From: an uncultured cyanobacterium
GTDB taxonomy: Bacteria > Cyanobacteriota > Cyanobacteriia > Cyanobacteriales > Nostocaceae
Length of the DNA: 64,000 nucleotides
NCBI GenBank assembly: GCA_963740315.1
Contig: CAVUDP010000002.1
Span: 1,696,001-1,760,000, forward strand
Direction of reading: 5' to 3'
Below, one piece after another: positions 39,987 through 51,034 of this stretch. The position numbers were made by a program, and so were the translations under genes. The notes under the pieces are model-generated. The model was not told the origin of the DNA, did no database searches, and saw nothing but the letters and a program-made list of their open reading frames with translations. Each line of letters begins with the position of its first letter. Position 1 is the stretch's first letter.

Positions 39987-40409
39987 TTACTCCTTATCAT
40001 TATATTTTTCTAGAGTGGCGATCGCCGTTCCTTGGGAATGATGATTTTTTTGATTTTTTACATAACTAACTGCTTGTTCTAACTGTTTGCTACCCAAAGA
40101 TAATAAACCATATCCACGCTGCCAGCTAAAAGAAATTGAATTTGCAGATAATCTACTGTTTTTATTTAAGAAATGTGCGCTACTACCTTTAATATTTTTG
40201 ACAAAATCAGCAATAGATAAACTTGGTGGAATAGAAGCGACTAAATGAATATGGTCTTCAACGCCACCAATAGCATGAATTATACAATTAAGACTATCGG
40301 ATTTATCAACAATATACTTATAAAGATCGGTTTCTCTTTCAGGTGTAATTAAAGGGTGACGTTCTTTGGTTGCCCAAATAAGGTGATAATAAGTGCGCCA
40401 AAAAGCCAT
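39987..40409 (-). CDS. tnpA: IS200/IS605-family Y1 HUH transposase (stand-alone, possibly REP-associated)
   Basis: YHLIWATK.R, DHIHL (HUH), IKGSS, WQRGY and SYVKNQ (catalytic Tyr); no tnpB adjacent. Confidence 0.9.
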   Translation of the reverse strand: MAFWRTYYHLIWATKERHPLITPERETDLYKYIVDKSDSLNCIIHAIGGVEDHIHLVASIPPSLSIADFVKNIKGSSAHFLNKNSRLSANSISFSWQRGYGLLSLGSKQLEQAVSYVKNQKNHHSQGTAIATLEKYNDKE

Positions 40410-40509
40410 GATGATTATATGAAAACTTGTGATTAAATTTTCTTGATTCTACTCGTTTGTTTCAAAATTGTCTCTTCCCCGCCTTAATTGGGAATTTCCG
40501 CAAATTTAC

Positions 40510-40830
40510 GCCTTGGAATAAATTCCCAGGCTCATAAACGAAGTCCGTTGAAAACGGACTGAATTCAAATCATCATTATCAACTAACGGAAAAATCCGGC
40601 TTCCTGCCCTTGGAATAAATTAAGCGGCTAATAAACCTGCTTCCGTTGAAAACGGACTGAATTCAAATTATCATTTAACGGAAAAACCCGTCGCCGCATC
40701 AATAAATTAAGCGGCTAATAAACCTGCTTCCGTTGAAAACGGACTGAATTCAAATTATCATCACCAAACAAAAAACCCCCAGTCGTCTTAAGACGACTTT
40801 GTATATGAGCCTGGGAATTTATTCCAAGGC
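40510..40830. repeat. REP-doublet element upstream of tnpA with three partial internal repeats
   Basis: Same family as 38415-38787; TCCGTTGAAAACGGACTGAATTCAAAT occurs three times. Confidence 0.8.
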
Positions 40831-41116
40831 GGATTACGGCTCAGATTTATTCCAAGGCGGATTACGGCTCAGATTTATTCCAAGGCGGATTACGGCTCAG
40901 ATTTATTCCAAGGCGGATTACGGCTCAGATTTATTCCAAGGCGGATTACGGCTCAGATTTATTCCAAGGCGGATTACGGCTCAGATTTATTCCAAGGCGG
41001 ATTACGGCTCAGATTTATTCCAAGGCGGATTACGGCTCAGATTTATTTCAAGGCGGATTACGGCTCAGATTTATTCCAAGGCGGATTGCGACACAGATTT
41101 ATTCCAAGGCGGATTT
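40817..41116. repeat. About 10.7 tandem 28-bp units ATTTATTCCAAGGCGGATTACGGCTCAG
   Basis: Units at 40817, 40845 ... 41097. Confidence 0.95.
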
Positions 41117-41142
41117 ATGAGCAATTACACAATCAATCTCCC

Positions 41143-44100
41143 CTACCCCTCCTCATCCAACCTATCCCGCGCCGTCCAAATCGCCTCCCGCACCTCACCC
41201 GCACAATCACCACCCGTCACCTCGCGCCAAATCGGATCAAATTGATTTTCTCCTAAAATCTGTAACATTCGTGCTAAAAGATAGATAAAACCTTCAATCA
41301 AGCCTTGATAATGCTCAATACAAATTCCAAAACCACAGATATAAATTGGTAAAGCTTCAGAAAAATTTGATTGCGCTTCTAAAACGCTTCCCCATGTTCC
41401 CAATATTTGTGAAGCCCAATACCAATCTTGGGATTGTTCATAAAGGTTAAAAGCTTTTTGATAATAGCTAATCGCCTCCTGAAATTGCCGTTGTTGTTCG
41501 GCTACCATACCCAGTTGGTGATAGACAATTGCAGCACGGTACAAATCCCCTGCATCTTCAAATATTTTCAAAGCTTTGAGGCAATATTGCCGCGCTTGCT
41601 CAAATTGCCGTTGTTGTTCGGCTACCTTACCCAGTTGGTAATAGTCATTTGCAGCGTTGTAGAAATTCCCTGCATCTTCTAATTATTTTCAAAGCTTTGA
41701 TGTAATATTGCGCGCTTGCTCAAATTGCCGTTGTTTATAAGCTACATTACCCAGTTGGTGATAATCACTTGCAGCGCTGTATAAATCCCCTGCATCTTCT
41801 AATACTTTTAAAGCCTTGAGGTAATATTGCCGTGCCTCCTCAAATTGCCGTTGTTCTTCGGCTACCCTACCCAGTTGGTGATAATCACTTGCAGCATTGT
41901 ACAAATCTCCTGCATCTTCTTTTATTTTCAAAGCCTTGAGGTAATATTGCCGTGCTTGCTCAAATTGCCGTTGTTCGTAGCTACCATACCCAGTTGGTGA
42001 TAAGCAACAGCAATTGTGTTATTCACTGAAGAGTCATTTAAAGCTATTAATTCATCGAGAATTTCTTGATAAATTACTCTTGCTGCTTCTAAATCAGCAC
42101 GCTTTAATGCTTCATTAGCTTGATTAATCCGCAAATACACCCAGAAATTCAAAGCATCTTTACCCTTGGCTTTGGCTTCTGTTAGCTCGATGCCAATTTG
42201 ATTTAACGCTCGCTGTTGCAAGGCTTTAAATTCGGGTTTGCGCCCCAATCTTTCATATATCTCACCCAAGGCTTGCAAAATCGATTGTGCTTGAGTCCAT
42301 TGCTGTTGTTGTTCGGCAATACGCAGGTTTTGCAGCAGGTTTGGTTCTTCTACCCGCAGGATAAAGTTTGCTAATTTGGCATTGCTGATGAGTTTCTGAT
42401 GGCAATTATCCGCCAGAGAAGCGTAGAAAATCAGCAACTTTTTTTCGAGTTCGGCGATCGCTTGTTGAGCATCCACCTCGGAATCAATTCCGAGGCTCAT
42501 ATACGAAGTCATCTGAAGATGACTAGATGATAAATCTCCAACATCTTCAGTCGTCTTAAGGCGACTTTGTTTATTAGCCTGGGAATTTATTCCAAGGCAG
42601 GTATTATCCCCCGAATCAATTCCAATGGGGGTTTGCTGGTTCAACCGTTTCCGTAAAAACCAAGGTAAAGCTGGGTGAATTTTGTAGATAGTACCACCCA
42701 AATGTTCGACAATACTTGCTGCTGCGGCTTCATTAAGAATTGCTAACCAATCATCTTTGTACAAATTCTCCCCAAACACCGCTTGAACCGCTTGATATGC
42801 TTGTCCATATTCATTATCAGGGCTTTGTGAAAAATGACCAAGCCAATATGCATCTACCTTCTCAGAAAACAACCCCAAAAACGGTAAATGCCTCCTCGCT
42901 TTCTCCGACAACTTACTAAAGGAATAATCCAAAGAAACCGTCAGCGACTTATCCCTTCCTTCTTCTTCCTCCCCCACAAAAGTATCCAATCCCTGACGCA
43001 AGGCTTCAATTAACTGCTTTGGTGTTTGCGTCTTCAAATGCGGTAACACGACTCGCAATGATAAAGGATGTCCCCCCAACAGTTTCAACAATTCCAAATA
43101 CTCTTGCGGTAACTTCCCTTTATCTATTCCCGCAGTTTGCAAAATCTTCGCGGCTAATTCTTCTACATCACCCGCAATCAAACCACCTAAATTCAACAAG
43201 GTATAACCACAATCAAGCCAAGCTTCCTCGCGACGACTGCTTATTAATACCCAAGTTTTCCCACTGCGTAATTGTTTGAGAAACTGTTTGAGTTCGTTTC
43301 TTTCTTCCTCAATCAATAACGGTTGATTCCCGGTAGGAAAACCATTTACAGGTTCAAAGTTATCCCAAATTAATAAACAAGGTTGTGTTTGCAGATATTT
43401 CAACACCGCAGCTTGCTGTTTATCTATGGGAAGCGAATTAAATTTATCTATTTTATCTTTCCAAACTTCCCTACCAACTGAGTTGATAACATTAACCAAC
43501 GTCGCGCCATGTTCAAACGAAACAAAGAACATTTTACTATCACGCCCTTGAGTTTCTTCTAACCACCGCGCAAATCCGCAAGATAATTCAGTTTTTCCTA
43601 CACCGCCCATTCCTTTCATCAATACGATATTATTTTGGCGAAATGCTCGCTCTAATCGCAAAATATCATAATCGCGTCCGATAAAACCGTAGGCTCCTTC
43701 ATCTGGAAACCCATGTAGAGACGCGATATATCGCGTCTCTACAAGAAAATCATCAAGATCGAGAATATCATCTTTACTATCTTCAGGAATAAACGGCGCG
43801 TAACTTTCCTGCTCGTACAAAACCGGAACAATCCAATCTCGCAATATTTTATCGCCTTTTGGACTTGGACGTTGCGGTTGATTCAATACAGCTTTTCTTC
43901 CTGCTGCAACGGCTTGAGATAGATTCGCACCTTTCACCAATTCCCCATACAACCTGCCGATAAAGTGTTTCGCCGCAACAGCATATACCGTATAAGCCAT
44001 CGCCACCACACCTTTCGCTCCCGAAGATACCAAGCGCGTCGCTACCGAAGAAAATTTATCTTCTCCTTCCTGTGCTGATTTGCAAGCATTCAATACAAAA

Positions 44101-44945
44101 ATCGGCACTCCACAATCTGCTAAATTCTGAGCAATTTGTGCTGCTGTGACAATCTGTGGCGTACCATCAAAGTTTTCAAATACCAATACACCTTGTCCCA
44201 AACCACCCAAAGTATGCTGAAATCCTTGGCTGTTGGGGTCAAAATCTCCATGTCCGTCAAAGTGGACGATGTGATAAAATCCTTTGTTAGCACTTAATTC
44301 CCGCTCAAATTCCTCAAAACTGGGGGGACGCAATACTTTTATATTGACTTTTTGACGAATATCTGCTATAGAATCCAGCAATGGACGCGCAATGGTTTTT
44401 AGAGCAATATCTGTTTCCCCATAAGGGCGAGCAATTACCAAAAGTATATTTAGCTTGTCTTGAGGTAGTGTCGGAATTTCTCCCCTTATCGCATAATCGC
44501 TCAAACTACGCGACATTCCCGCCAAAGAAGGTGCAAGAAATTGTCTGTCGCCAGGGGAATAAAGTAATTCCCAAGGTAAATTTAAAATTGCGAAATCATC
44601 CGAGGCGATCGCCAACTCGCAATTATGCAAACCATCATAAGTAGCAGCTTGAAAAAACTCCCGCGCTTTCTCGCTACTGCGAAAAACCAAGTTAAATAAC
44701 TCTTCTCCCCAAGTCTGCAATTTTTGTTCTATTTTTGCAGCTTCATCTGGGAAGATGCCATAAGGAAAGCGTAAATATTCTTCTAAATACCAACGTAAAT
44801 CTGTTAAAGCTTGTTTATTAAATGGATGTTCAAGTTTTACTGCATCGGCAAATCGAGGTGCTGCTTGCCCGCGCTGCCAGGAAAGTTGGATATTTTCGCC
44901 TTGATGCGTGATTCGCAAGCAGTTTTTCGCCATATCGGATATCAC
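41143..44945 (-). pseudogene. CHAT (caspase-like) + STAND NTPase + TPR protein, disrupted in the TPR region
   Basis: HFDGHG and LNAC catalytic dyad, GMGGVGKT, LLIWDNFE and 120-bp TPR units; single-base indels near 41978, 41712 and 41683. Confidence 0.82.
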
Positions 44946-45198
44946 TGGTTTTTTATATTAGCTAATATTGTGGAATTCACGCAGGTGACGATTGATTCCG
45001 GAAATACCTATTCGCGACTTACGCTTCATTTTGCAATGATTCAAGAGACGCACATAAGTTAAAACTTATACCAGTTAATAATTCTTAACTTAATTTTAAA
45101 CAAATTCTTCTGGAATGCTTGAATCTGCAATTGTATATACACTCCAGATTAGTGTGATTCCTTAATTCCCCCCGCAAGTAATAGCTAGGTTCCCCGAA

Positions 45199-45822
45199 AT
45201 GATTAGTGAATTTTTCGCATCACAACTTCGTCAGCCTTCAGGATGGTTTGGTAAGCAAGTTATCTCTCGGATTTTGAATAGAAATAATGCTGCGATGAAC
45301 AAGCTTGCATTAAGAATGTTGAATTTAGAATCCTCAGATGAGCGCGTTTTAGAATTAGGCTTTGGTGGAGGTTATTTGCTAAAGAACATTCTCAAAAAAC
45401 CGGGGGTAAAATCTGTTGCTGGTATAGATGTTTCTCCGGAAATGGTTGAGTTTTGTAGAAAGCGTTTTGCATCAGATATAAAGAGAGGCAGATTAAAACT
45501 AGAATGTAGCAATACTGTAAACAAAGCTTCTTTTGACAGCAGTTTTACTAAAATTTGCACGGTTAATACGATTTATTTTTGGTCAGATGTTAAACAAACT
45601 TTAAATCAACTGTATCAAATTCTAGAAGAAAGAGGTTCATTCGTTATTTGTTTTAATTCCAAACAATTTCTCAAACAAACAATTCTTCCCAGACATGGTT
45701 TTCAGCTATATGACATCGAAGAAGTCAAAGATTTAATGAAAGCTGTGGGTTTTAAGAACATTCAGTGGATTATGAATTCTCAACCCAAAGAACAATTTGT
45801 CTGTATCGTTGGAGAAAAGTGA
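45199..45822 (+). CDS. Class I SAM-dependent methyltransferase
   Basis: QLRQPSGWFG, VLELGFGGG and VNTIYFW. Confidence 0.88.
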   Translation: MISEFFASQLRQPSGWFGKQVISRILNRNNAAMNKLALRMLNLESSDERVLELGFGGGYLLKNILKKPGVKSVAGIDVSPEMVEFCRKRFASDIKRGRLKLECSNTVNKASFDSSFTKICTVNTIYFWSDVKQTLNQLYQILEERGSFVICFNSKQFLKQTILPRHGFQLYDIEEVKDLMKAVGFKNIQWIMNSQPKEQFVCIVGEK

Positions 45823-46103
45823 TAATTATTAATTGCAGGGTGTGTTTACCATGACTTTTACTCAAAATTCTGTACCAGAAAAAATTCCCAAATTAAAAAT
45901 ATTGTTTTTGGTTTCAACAATTGTTAATTAAAACAAAATATATAGAATACATATCATATTAAACCTGTGGGTCGATTGGTGCATATTTTCGGTTTATTGT
46001 CAAGGTGTCTGCGGATAAATTATACAGTCACTAAATATCAAAGTATTAGCAGAACGTTTCAATAGTAGTTTAAAATAGTATACATTTTGTTTGGGAATTA
46101 ATT

Positions 46104-47144
46104 ATGCTAGGCTCTGCATCGGAATCTAAGAAGAAAATTTACCGAATTATTTACGGTTACTGGCAAAGTCAGTGCGTTTATGTCGCTACAAGTTTAGGTA
46201 TACCGAACTTGTTACAAGATGGACCTCAAACTATTGAGACAATAGCAGAAAAAACTGGCACTAAAGTCGAAAAGCTTTATGTTGTTTTGCGTGCTTTGGC
46301 TCATTTAGGTGTAATTGCAGAAAAACAAGGACGGGTTTTTGCCTCTACAGAATTATCAGAACTTCTGATCAGTAATGGTTCCCCATCGATAAGTGATTTT
46401 TTAATGCATATTATAGAACCTAATATGTGGGATGGTTGGAGGGAATTAGAAAACGGTTTAAAGACTGGAGAAGTGCCTTTTGAGTTGGCTAAAGGTCAGG
46501 ATTTTTATAGTTCCTATATGACAGAGAATCCTAAAAGTAAAAACCTGTTCAACAATGCCATGAGTTATTTAACTAATGAAGCTGTTGATTCTTTATTTGA
46601 AGTTTATGATTTTGGTCGTTTTGAGACAGTGATGGATGTAGGAGGAAATCAAGGAACATTAATTGCAAACATTGTCAAGAGATTCGGCTGTAAGGGCATT
46701 TTGTTTGACTTGCCCGTTGAAGTAGAAACTGCTGCTGATAACTTTGCAAAATATGAAATTAATGGTGCAGTAAAAGTTGTTGGCGGGAGTGCTTTGGAAC
46801 CCTTGCCAAAAGGTGCCGATGCCATTGTAATGAAGTATTTTCTATCAGTATTTAGTAAAGAAAATTCGATGAAAGTACTCGCTAACTGTAAGGAAGCTCT
46901 CCCCAAAAATGGTAGAGTCATACTTCTACAAACCCTAGTTCCCGCTCTTGGCGCTCCTGTAGAATATCCCGATGGAACCATGCCAGCTTTGGCTGCCGTG
47001 CAGATGATGATTACAAATCCAGGGGGTTACTGGCGCACCGAACAAGAATATCGGGATTTATTTGAAGCTAGTGGTTTTAAACTAGAAAAAGTCATTCCTA
47101 CAGGAACAAGCTTAACGGCGATGGAATTTAGCCCGGTATCGTGA
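46104..47144 (+). CDS. O-methyltransferase with dimerisation domain
   Basis: N-terminal winged-helix region, FNNAM, MDVGG..G and LFDLP. Confidence 0.88.
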   Translation: MLGSASESKKKIYRIIYGYWQSQCVYVATSLGIPNLLQDGPQTIETIAEKTGTKVEKLYVVLRALAHLGVIAEKQGRVFASTELSELLISNGSPSISDFLMHIIEPNMWDGWRELENGLKTGEVPFELAKGQDFYSSYMTENPKSKNLFNNAMSYLTNEAVDSLFEVYDFGRFETVMDVGGNQGTLIANIVKRFGCKGILFDLPVEVETAADNFAKYEINGAVKVVGGSALEPLPKGADAIVMKYFLSVFSKENSMKVLANCKEALPKNGRVILLQTLVPALGAPVEYPDGTMPALAAVQMMITNPGGYWRTEQEYRDLFEASGFKLEKVIPTGTSLTAMEFSPVS

Positions 47145-47324
47145 CGACTGTATCGTTGGAGAAAATTGAGCAGTTATCAATAATGGTAAAACTATTTTTG
47201 AAGCAAGAAATTTACCAAAAATAACGTGCAATAAATTGTCGCAGACTTAGAGGCGATCGCCATCTATAAGACAACAAAAGCTGTAAATGCGATTGTTGTT
47301 TTGTTTTAGCGATCGCACATAAAC

Positions 47325-47476
47325 AGGACTTACGGTCTTCGGAGCGTGACGCGATAGCGTCATTATTGTCACAAATGGTGGATGGTGCGTGACGCTACAA
47401 ACCATATTACTACGTTCAAATTAACGATGGTGCGTCACACACCCTACAAGAAAAATGTGCCAGTTGCGTAAGTCTT
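47325..47476. mobile_element. MITE-like element
   Basis: TIR AGGACTTACG/CGTAAGTCTT; contains a GGTGCGTGAC...GTCACACACCCTAC palindrome also seen at 23389-23456. Confidence 0.65.
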
Positions 47477-47488
47477 AATAAAAAAGAA

Positions 47489-47662
47489 ATGCTGCAACGC
47501 TTAACTCAACTTGCTGAAAATGCAGATATTCCGAATGGGGAACAGTTAGGAAAATATTTATTGTTGCTGGTAGACGGGGCTTTTTCGCAAAGGCGATTAT
47601 TTGGGTTAAGTGAGTTTGAAAGTAATCTGAAAAATGCAGCGGAAATGTTGATAAATGCTTAA
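47489..47662 (+). pseudogene. C-terminal remnant of a TetR-family regulator
   Basis: Hand translation MLQRLTQLAENADIPNGEQLGKYLLLLVDGAFSQRRLFG...AAEMLINA; no HTH; a MITE lies directly upstream. Confidence 0.55.
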
Positions 47663-47844
47663 GAATGGTGCAAGATGTGAAAATGTTGGGTTACTAGCTA
47701 TTCACCATTACCAATTACCAAGATTGATTATTTATACTCATGCATCTATCGCGACATTCGCGTAAGATTTTACGCAATCAACAGTAACCGAATTGTAGTT
47801 ATTAAAAATGCATAATTAAATAATTCGTAATTTATTAATAACGA

Positions 47845-48900
47845 TTGTTGAAACTTCACTTAATTTCATTTATGAAAAAATTTAAGGAATTGATTCATAA
47901 GGAAACCCAGACAAAAAGCTCGCGGGGGTTTTGGGGCAAAATGGGTACACTTGCGATCGTATCGGCTATTGCTGGAGGATCGTTTGGAATTTTCTTGACT
48001 GGCAAGCCGTTTTTGCAAGCTAATTTGAGTCCCGAAGCAGGAAATTTTTTTAATGATGATGCTATTGATGGAGGACAATTTTTACAGTTAAATCGTCCCG
48101 TCAATATTCTGGTGATGGGGATGAGCGTACTTCCTCCAGATACGCAAAATGCACCGGAAGAAAGTAAAGATTTGGGATATTTACCGCAAGTAAATTCCTT
48201 TGATGGACTTTCAGACGTAATGTTATTGATTAGATTTAATCCGAAAACTAATAAATTAAATATGCTTTCTATTCCTAGAGACACCCGCACGGAAATAGAA
48301 GGATATGGTTTAAGGAAAATTAATGCTGCCAATAATTTAGGGGGTGCTTATTTGAGTGGTAAAAGCGTTCGTAATCTTTTAGGAGTAGATATAAACGGTT
48401 ATATTCGCATCAATGTTTTGGGAGTCGGTAAACTGATTGATGCTTTGGGAGGAGTAACGGTAAACGTTCCTAAAGACTTGAAATATCAAGATGATTCCCA
48501 ACATTTATATATTAATTTAAAAGCCGGAGAACAACATCTTAACGGCGACGAAGCATTACAATTACTGAGATTTCGTAACGATAGTCAAGCCGATATCGGA
48601 CGCATTCAACGCCAGCAGTTAGTCATGCAAGCTTTGATAGAACAAGCACTTAACCCTGTAACATTATTACGTTCTCCGATTATTCTCGCTACTATAAAAG
48701 AAAATATTGATACAAACTTAACCCTTGATAGTTTACTAACTTTAGTTAATTTTGGAATCCGAATCGATCGCTCAAACATCCAAATGCTAACTTTACCCGG
48801 TAGAGTCAGCAGCAGCCAAGAATTTGCAGCAAGTTACTGGCTACCAGATGAAGAAGAAATAAGAGTAATCATGGCTCGTTATTTTGATGTTAGTAGATAG
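47845..48900 (+). CDS. LCP (LytR-CpsA-Psr) family protein
   Basis: NILVMG, SDVMLL, SIPRDT, KINAA and RFR...DIGRIQRQQ; exact start uncertain. Confidence 0.92.
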   Translation: MLKLHLISFMKKFKELIHKETQTKSSRGFWGKMGTLAIVSAIAGGSFGIFLTGKPFLQANLSPEAGNFFNDDAIDGGQFLQLNRPVNILVMGMSVLPPDTQNAPEESKDLGYLPQVNSFDGLSDVMLLIRFNPKTNKLNMLSIPRDTRTEIEGYGLRKINAANNLGGAYLSGKSVRNLLGVDINGYIRINVLGVGKLIDALGGVTVNVPKDLKYQDDSQHLYINLKAGEQHLNGDEALQLLRFRNDSQADIGRIQRQQLVMQALIEQALNPVTLLRSPIILATIKENIDTNLTLDSLLTLVNFGIRIDRSNIQMLTLPGRVSSSQEFAASYWLPDEEEIRVIMARYFDVSR

Positions 48901-49460
48901 TTGTTAGTTGTTAGTTGTTGGTAATTGGTAATTAGGAATTGAGAGTATAAAGTAGTGCGAGCATCTTGCGTTCTTGTGTAGATAGTAGATAGTTGTTAGT
49001 TGTTAGTTGTTAGTTGTTAGTTGTTAGTTATTAGTTATTAGTTATTAGTTATTAGTTATTAGTTATTAGTTATTAGTTATTAGTTATTAGTTATTAGTTA
49101 TTAGTTATTAGTAATTGGTAATTAGTAATTGATAATTGAGAGTATAAAGTAGTGCAAGCATTTTGCGATCTTGTATCGAGCGAGCAAGATGCTCGCACTA
49201 CTAACTTTTTCTCCCCATCTCCCCATCACCCCATCTCCCCATCTCCCCATCTCCCCATCTCCCCATCTCCCCATCTCCCCATCACCCCATCTCCCCCTCA
49301 CCCCATCTCCCCAAAGGTTACTGAGCTTGTCGAAGTACTCCCCCGAACCCCAAAGGTTACTGAGCTTGTCGAAGTACTCCCCCGAACCCCAAAGGTTACT
49401 GAGCTTGTCGAAGTACTCCCCCGAACCCCATCTCCCCATCCCCCCATCCCCCCATCACCC
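48897..49460. repeat. Short tandem repeat block: TAGTTGT/TAGTTAT heptamers, CTCCCCAT octamers and 3 x 39-bp units
   Basis: Direct reading; 39-bp units at 49313, 49352, 49391. Confidence 0.9.
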
Positions 49461-49518
49461 GATGCCCAATTCTTTAAAAATAATTACCATTAATGAAAGA
49501 TAATTTATTAGAAGAGTC

Positions 49519-50892
49519 ATGAAATTACCAAATGGTCCGCAAACTCCTTCATTCATTCAAATGTTTCAGTTTATCGTCAATCCTTTAGCGATGCTGGAAA
49601 ACTGCGCTAAACGCTATGGAGATATTTACACTTTAAACTTAAAATCTCGTGTAGTTTTTATTAGCAATCCGCAAGCGCTACAGCAGATACTAACTAACGA
49701 TAAGACGGATTTTAGCGTTCCTTCTGAAGGGAATAAACCTTTTGAACCGTTGATGGGCAAGCATTCTGTAATTATGGCGAGCGGTAATGCACATCGCCGT
49801 CAGCGTCAATTATTGATGCCGAGCTTTCATGGCGATCGCATGCGTTGTTACGGCGATACAATAAATCAAGTTACGTCGGAGATTATGAATCGATGGGAAG
49901 TTGGTAAAACTTTCGACGTGCGAGAAGGGATGCAGGCTATTACCATGCGGGTAATTATGCAGGCAGTGTTTGGAATTTATCAAGGCGATCGCGCTACTGA
50001 GTTAGAAAAACTTCTTAGTTCAATTCTAGAGGCTGGAGGAAGTTCACCTATCAAAGCAGCTTTTATGATTTTCCCCGTGCTACAACGGGATTTAGGCGCA
50101 AAAAGTCATTGGGGAAATTTTCTCCGTCAAAGAGAACGAATTTATAAATTGCTGAATGACGAAATAGAAGAAAGACGTGCAAACCCAGATGATTCGCGTA
50201 CTGATGTTTTAAATATGCTAATGGCAGCGCGGGATGAGCAAGGGGAAGCGATGACTAATGCCGAATTACGCGATGAATTAATAACATTGTTATTTGCAGG
50301 ACACGAAACCACCGCAACTGCTTTAACTTGGGCTTTTTACTGGATTCATAAATTACCACAAGTGCGAGAAAAGTTATTAGAAGAAATTGATAGTTTGGAT
50401 GAAAATCCCGATTTTAATACTATCTATAAACTGCCATATTTAAACGCGGTTTACTGCGAAACCTTGCGAATTTATCCCGTAGCAATACTTCTATTTCAGC
50501 GAAAGGTAGAAAAACCCGTTTCGTTGTGCGGTTATGAATTTGAGCCGGGTACATTATTATATGGTTCTATTTATTCGGTTCATCAAAGAGAAGACTTATA
50601 TCCCGAACCCAAGAAATTTAAACCAGAACGTTTTTTAGAAAGACAGTTTTCACCCTATGAATTTATACCTTTTGGTGGCGGTGCAAGGCGCTGTATTGGT
50701 ATGGCGTTGGCTCAATTTGAAATGAAGTTGATTTTAACGAAGATTTTGAAAAACTTGGAGTTAGATTTAGTTGATAATGGTGAGGTAAAACCCAAACGTC
50801 GCGGTTTAGTAACTGGTCCAAATCGTTCGATTCAAATGGTAGTTAAAGATAAGCGATCGCTTAAGTCTCGTAGCTTGGAAACGGTTAGTTAG
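49519..50892 (+). CDS. Cytochrome P450 (CYP110-like)
   Basis: AGHETT, ETLR, PERF and FGGGARRCIG. Confidence 0.96.
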   Translation: MKLPNGPQTPSFIQMFQFIVNPLAMLENCAKRYGDIYTLNLKSRVVFISNPQALQQILTNDKTDFSVPSEGNKPFEPLMGKHSVIMASGNAHRRQRQLLMPSFHGDRMRCYGDTINQVTSEIMNRWEVGKTFDVREGMQAITMRVIMQAVFGIYQGDRATELEKLLSSILEAGGSSPIKAAFMIFPVLQRDLGAKSHWGNFLRQRERIYKLLNDEIEERRANPDDSRTDVLNMLMAARDEQGEAMTNAELRDELITLLFAGHETTATALTWAFYWIHKLPQVREKLLEEIDSLDENPDFNTIYKLPYLNAVYCETLRIYPVAILLFQRKVEKPVSLCGYEFEPGTLLYGSIYSVHQREDLYPEPKKFKPERFLERQFSPYEFIPFGGGARRCIGMALAQFEMKLILTKILKNLELDLVDNGEVKPKRRGLVTGPNRSIQMVVKDKRSLKSRSLETVS

Positions 50893-51034
50893 GATTTTGG
50901 GTTTCGTGGAAAGCCCCCCAAATTAGCGGGGGGTGAACTACATCTGGAACAATAATTTTCCGTTGTCGCTGCGTAAATCCTGAATATTTCGGATTCCGCC
51001 AGTTAGTATAGCAAGTATGGAAGAACTATAAATT

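Noticed and set aside
39987..40409. IS605 element with TnpB/IscB guide system
   Set aside because: No RuvC-type ORF lies beside tnpA.
40799..41245. 148-aa ORF, or a CRISPR call, on the 28-bp repeat
   Set aside because: Head-to-tail minisatellite; the ORF is its translation.
49122..49503. Three overlapping low-complexity ORFs
   Set aside because: Translations of the CTCCCCAT and 39-bp repeats.
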